A stretch of 39,940 nt of DNA from assembly GCA_021432655.1 (NCBI GenBank), contig MU271217.1:63638-103577 (forward strand), given 5' to 3'. This DNA is from Atractiella rhizophila (lineage: Eukaryota). The notes beneath the pieces are model-generated. The model was given only the letters and a program-made list of their open reading frames with translations, did not search any database and had not been told where the DNA came from. Positions 35,030-39,940 of this stretch are shown here, piece by piece. The position numbers and the translations under genes were made by a program. Every line of letters starts with the position of its first letter. Position 1 is the stretch's first letter.

Positions 35030-37500
35030 TCAGACATCCATACTTCTCTTCTCACCAGTAGTGACACTCATATCTTCGCTCATCTTATCGTCATGAGCAT
35101 CATCCCTTGCATCCCCCAATCCAGTCACCTGTCCTTCTCTCAATGCTCTCTCTCTCTCGTTGACGTCGTAGCTTTGAAGCTTAGAAGACGGAACGAAAAG
35201 CGGGATCTTTGCGAAATGCGCATCCAATTCTGCAGGCTGTAGGTTAGCGCAAAGCACGACATGTTAGGGTTGCTGACCTTCCAACGGGATCCCTTTCGTT
35301 TCAGGCAAGAAAGCCCAGAAGAACAGTGCGTTCGAGAAAGGAAGAACAGAGAAAGCAATGTAGTACCTCCATCCTGTGTAACGGTCAGCGGATGCTTAAA
35401 GAAATACCATGTTTGACGCACCAACATCGTGGAAGGCAATAGGCGAAACCTGAGCGATCATGAAGTTGCTAATCCACGCGGCGGAACTCGTCAAGCTTGT
35501 CGCTCTGCTCCTCAGCTCGTTATTGAACAATTCGACCGGGATTGCCCAAGAAAGAGGGCCGACCGCCGCTGAGAAGATGAGGTTGAACTAATCCCTCCAT
35601 TTCAGCGAGAAGATCGGCTTGGACGGGAGACGACGGACAAGCCAGGTCATCGCGACAAAAGCGCGAGAGGCAGCAGGGTTCGTGTCCGCGTACACCCCAT
35701 AGATGCAAGTCGATATACTGGGAAGGAGTTAACAACAGCTTTATTTCTAGAGGAGACTTGACGGCGCACATATAAGTAATCCCAATAAGGAAATTAGCCC
35801 AAATAAATGGCCAACGACGCCCTAAGCGATCGATGTAGATAATACTTGGTAGCTGACATCAAACAGAGTACTGCCGGACAGAGGAAGACGTACCACAAAG
35901 CTTCTCCGATCAAAGCAATGACGGAATTGCCTGATTGGAGCCCCAAAGTTGTAGAAGCATCGATTCCAAGTTGTTGAAAGATGCTGTTTTGTCTCAGTCC
36001 ACCATAGTAGGCAAGGCTAGGAGAGATAATACCTTGTACTATAGTACTGCAAAACACTGACACCCGTCATCTGTACACTGAACTGAATAGCAATTCCTAT
36101 TCGCTGGTGCATCAGAACCTGAAAAATATGGAGTTGACGAGGAAGAACGCACCCAATACAAGGCGGCGAAAGTTCGTTCCCTCTGTGAACAGTTTTCTCC
36201 ATGCATCCTTCTTGCTCGCCCTATCCCTCTCCACTTCGTCCAGCATCTCCTTGTGCTGTGCTAGCACAAAAGTGTCGTTGATATCTCCTCTTGCGTGCAG
36301 TCTTGCGAGAGTATGGAGTGCTTCATCGTTCTTTCCTCGCTGGGCAAGGTATCGCGGAGATTCAGGGAACAAGCTGAACGACCAAAAAGTCAATTATCAG
36401 GTCCGGATAGAAGGCACCCTTACAAGATGAAGAACGGAAGTGGAATAGCAGCTGTTCTCGCCAAGCTTGTTATCTTAGTGTGAGATTGGAGAGAATAAGG
36501 GGCGTACGGAGGAGTTGGATGGCCAACGGGATACGCCTGTTTTACGGTCAGATCAAAGGGGAATAAATACAGGTCGCAGGGCTTGCCATTGCGCAGAGTT
36601 GGTGAGGGAGTGGTAACAACCGTATCCTGCTCACATATCAACACTGTGCCTTGCTGCATTTTTGAAGGCTTACCGATGAATGACGCAATGAGAGCTCCAA
36701 TTCCCAGCATGAATTGTTGCTATTTCCCATTTCAGCATAAACTTCCTCATTTTTAGACTAGACCAGACAGACCAAAGTCGTGAGTCTCCCTCTAATGGAT
36801 GGATGGGCAATTTCTATCCATTCTTTCTCAGAGCGAAGACAAGGAGAGTCGCGACAGGACGAACCAGCTTGATACAATGGGGCAAGGAAAGCCAGGCAAC
36901 CGATTCCCATTCCGGCAAGGAATCGACCACTATACAACTATTCCAGCGAACCCAGAGAACAATATTCTCAACTTCTACTAGAAGTCAAAATCAGAGGAGT
37001 AGAGGACCTACCCAGTCAATGTTCTGTCCTCCAGCTTGAATCGAGCCACCAAGGAGAAAGATAATCGCGCCAACAAAGATGCTCCACCTGACGCGAAGAA
37101 GTGAGATCTGATGCTTCAGGAAAGAAGGACGACGAACCGGCGGCCTATAATATCTGCGAGGGTACCGATGAAGATATTTGCGGCAAATGCTCCCAGCAGA
37201 AGGCAGCCGACAATCTAATCAGCACTTAGGGTGAATTCTGCTTCCAGAGTCAAGTAACGAACAAAGCCCTCTTCGTCACTGTGAGCATCACATTCGGTCA
37301 GACGTGACCACCACTTTATGTGATGAGGGAGACTTACGGAGTTGGGTTCCCTGTGGTCTCGCGGAAAGAGGCAGAAGGCTGCAGTTTACAGTCAAAACGC
37401 CGTCCATGCTGAGCTGGTAAGAGCGCACCAGAACTGAAGCGATGATACCCAAGTCCTGAATCCGCGACTCAGTAACTATATTCGGCGTGGAAGAGGACAT
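35030..37500 (-). CDS. MFS sugar porter family transporter (multi-exon)
   Basis: PESPRYL, QMTGVSVLQYY, RGRLTTL, QQFMLGIG, hydrophobic exons, and a C-terminal tail ELDAHF...SMDV*. Confidence 0.9.
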
Positions 37501-37650
37501 CAAGAACTCACATAACCGAACGTCACACTTCCCAAAGATGCGAATACTCCTACGAGCCAGGTATAGACCTTCGGATTGCGGATGAGAGGCATTGTCCCTG
37601 CAGAGAGTTCCCTCCCAAAAACGTAGCGAATATTTATTCCGGCGACCTTT

Positions 37651-37710
37651 CTGGGGAAGCTGGGGAAGCTCAGGTAGGACAGGGAGGGCCTTTTAAGCCG
37701 GCTAAAAAGG
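37651..37710. promoter_or_regulatory. Candidate CreA/Mig1 sites and an imperfect palindrome in the bidirectional promoter
   Basis: Tandem CTGGGG (37651-37656, 37660-37665) match SYGGRG; near-palindrome ccttttaagccggctaaaaagg at 37689-37710. Confidence 0.4.
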
Positions 37711-37977
37711 GGAATAGTCTGGGCAAATTTGACAGGACGGGAGTGACTGGACTGCTGGACTCAGGATGTGATTAGCTGCATGATGATCCCCACACCAGAT
37801 GAGCCGGATGAAATCCTTGAACAACGTTGATCTTGGAAGAACCTGACGAAGTAGCGGACCGGGTGCCGTGGGCTAGAAGCGTGCTCTTCCCGACCATCAG
37901 CCAAGCTCTCGAACCAAGTCTGTATTTCGACCATCTCCAGCCCAGTGACAGCAGAAGTTGAAAAATCATCGAGAAAC

Positions 37978-39940
37978 ATGGCACAGCGAGTTGTGGTTGA
38001 CATTATTCCTTCCTCCAAGATCGGAACGATTGATCGATTTTTGTATTCGGGTACGTTCTTGCCGCCTTGTTCATAAGAACGAGAAAAAATGAGGATGACG
38101 GGACAGGATTTCTCGAGCACCTTGGCCGCTGTATCTACGGAGGAATAGTGCCAGCCCTCCCCACCACTTTCCCGTATACTGCGTCGTCTCCATGTCCCCC
38201 ATCAGAATTCGAGGCGACTCCGGATACTCTGGTGGATGAAGATGGATTCCGCACAGATGTTTTGGCTGTTCTGAGAGATGAGTTAAAGGTTGGAATGGTC
38301 CGTTGGCCAGGAGGCAACTACGTTTCCAGGTAATCTGTTCCCTTTCCTTGAAATAAACAAGTAACGGAACTGATCTGCGGAATGGTCATCACTGGTAGTT
38401 ACAACTGGTTGGATGGTGTTGGACCAATCGAGGAGAGGAAGCGACGAGTGGAGCTTGCTTGGAATGGGGAAGAATGTAANNNNNNNNNNNNNNNNNNNNN
38501 NNNNNNNNNNNNNNNNNNNNNNNNNNNNNNNNNNNNNNNNNNNNNNNNNNNNNNNNNNNNNNNNNNNNNNNNNNNNNNNNNNNNNNNNNNNNNNNNNNNN
38601 NNNNNNNNNNNNNNNNNNNNNNNNNNNNNNNNNNNNNNNNNNNNNNNNNNNNNNNNNNNNNNNNNNNNNNNNNNNNNNNNNNNNNNNNNNNNNNNNNNNN
38701 NNNNNNNNNNNNNNNNNNNNNNNNNNNNNNNNNNNNNNNNNNNNNNNNNNNNNNNNNNNNNNNNNNNNNNNNNNNNNNNNNNNNNNNNNNNNNNNNNNNN
38801 NNNNNNNNNNNNNNNNNNNNNNNNNNNNNNNNNNNNNNNNNNNNNNNNNNNNNNNNNNNNNNNNNNNNNNNNNNNNNNNNNNNNNNNNNNNNNNNNNNNN
38901 NNNNNNNNNNNNNNNNNNNNNNNNNNNNNNNNNNNNNNNNNNNNNNNNNNNNNNNNNNNNNNNNNNNNNNNNNNNNNNNNNNNNNNNNNNNNNNNNNNNN
39001 NNNNNNNNNNNNNNNNNNNNNNNNNNNNNNNNNNNNNNNNNNNNNNNNNNNNNNNNNNNNNNNNNNNNNNNNNNNNNNNNNNNNNNNNNNNNNNNNNNNN
39101 NNNNNNNNNNNNNNNNNNNNNNNNNNNNNNNNNNNNNNNNNNNNNNNNNNNNNNNNNNNTGTCACTCTTTCAGGAACGGAAACTAAAGCAGAAGCGAGCA
39201 GCATCCACCTCTATACCGGCTTCGGCCCTCGTAACCGTCAAGAGACAGAAAAAGAATACAGCCGCGGCGTCTATGGTCCAGACGCAGCAGAGTTCGGGAT
39301 AGATATCTGCCGGTCTCTGATCAAGAAGAGCCGCTTGCTCAAAGGGGTGGAACAAGATATCAAGATTGCATTTGACGAATGGGGCGTGTGGGATGAGACT
39401 GTTGGTACTGCGGAGAATGGATTGCAGCAAATTTATGATTTCAAAGGTAGGATGCCCTGTTTCGTGTTGTGAAACTGATATAATAGGATAGATGCCCTTG
39501 CCATCGCCGCCTGGTTGAATGTGTTTGTTAGGGCCAGTGACACCGTCTCCATCGCTTGTATTGCACAATCAGTCAACGTCATTTCTCCCCTGCTGGTCTC
39601 GTACGTCGAGTTACATTTCTTGTGAAATGGCGTCCCTGACCCGCAGACGAGAAAGGAATGACAAGATCCTCAAGCAAGCGACTTTCTACCCACTTTTCCT
39701 TTTCGCCCAATACTTCTCAGCAGGCAGTACTGCTGTACGTGTAGAAGTGGAAGGAGACAGCAGGTTTAAGGGGGAAACATTGCCCACATGGATTGGAAAG
39801 GTGAGAGGAGCTCCGAGGGAAATGGACTCTAGCGCATCACTTTCCGGTCGGCTTCCCCTCTCTTCTCTCTTCCACTCAAAATATGGCTGATGAAGCGCAG
39901 AGGATGGAAAGAAGCTTGCGGTTTCAATCATCAACCGGGC
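37978..39940 (+). CDS. Glycoside hydrolase family 51 alpha-L-arabinofuranosidase (no signal peptide; spans an N-gap; truncated at window end)
   Basis: [48 protein letters not shown] (nucleophile Glu motif), [13 protein letters not shown]. Confidence 0.95.

Larger units (their letters stand above)
24691..35155. repeat. ~5.2-kb diverged tandem block (24691-29905 / 29931-35155) separated by a 25-N gap
   Basis: Both copies start gaagattgtcgaaagaagtg and end caatgctctctctct; they are colinear with scattered SNPs and indels. Confidence 0.95.

Noticed and set aside
38382..39302. ORFs of 257-306 aa
   Set aside because: Artefacts of the N-gap at 38480-39159.

Overview
Intron-rich fungal genomic DNA, most consistent with a basidiomycete (short 45-70 nt introns, micro-exons, frequent AAG acceptors). 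From left to right it holds: a Spc105/Spc7/KNL1 kinetochore gene (minus) with an exact 604-bp internal tandem copy; a divergently placed intronless U6 snRNA gene; a GH71 alpha-1,3-glucanase interrupted by a 236-bp solo-LTR-like insertion that may be spliced out in frame; several hypothetical genes; an alpha/beta hydrolase; a mitochondrial-carrier-like gene; and a PD-(D/E)xK-like plus minimal kinase fusion. A ~5.2-kb block (G-alpha plus GFA gene) occurs twice across a 25-N gap and probably represents two haplotypes. The window ends with a divergent sugar-porter / GH51 arabinofuranosidase pair. Exon boundaries were read by eye and no searches were run.
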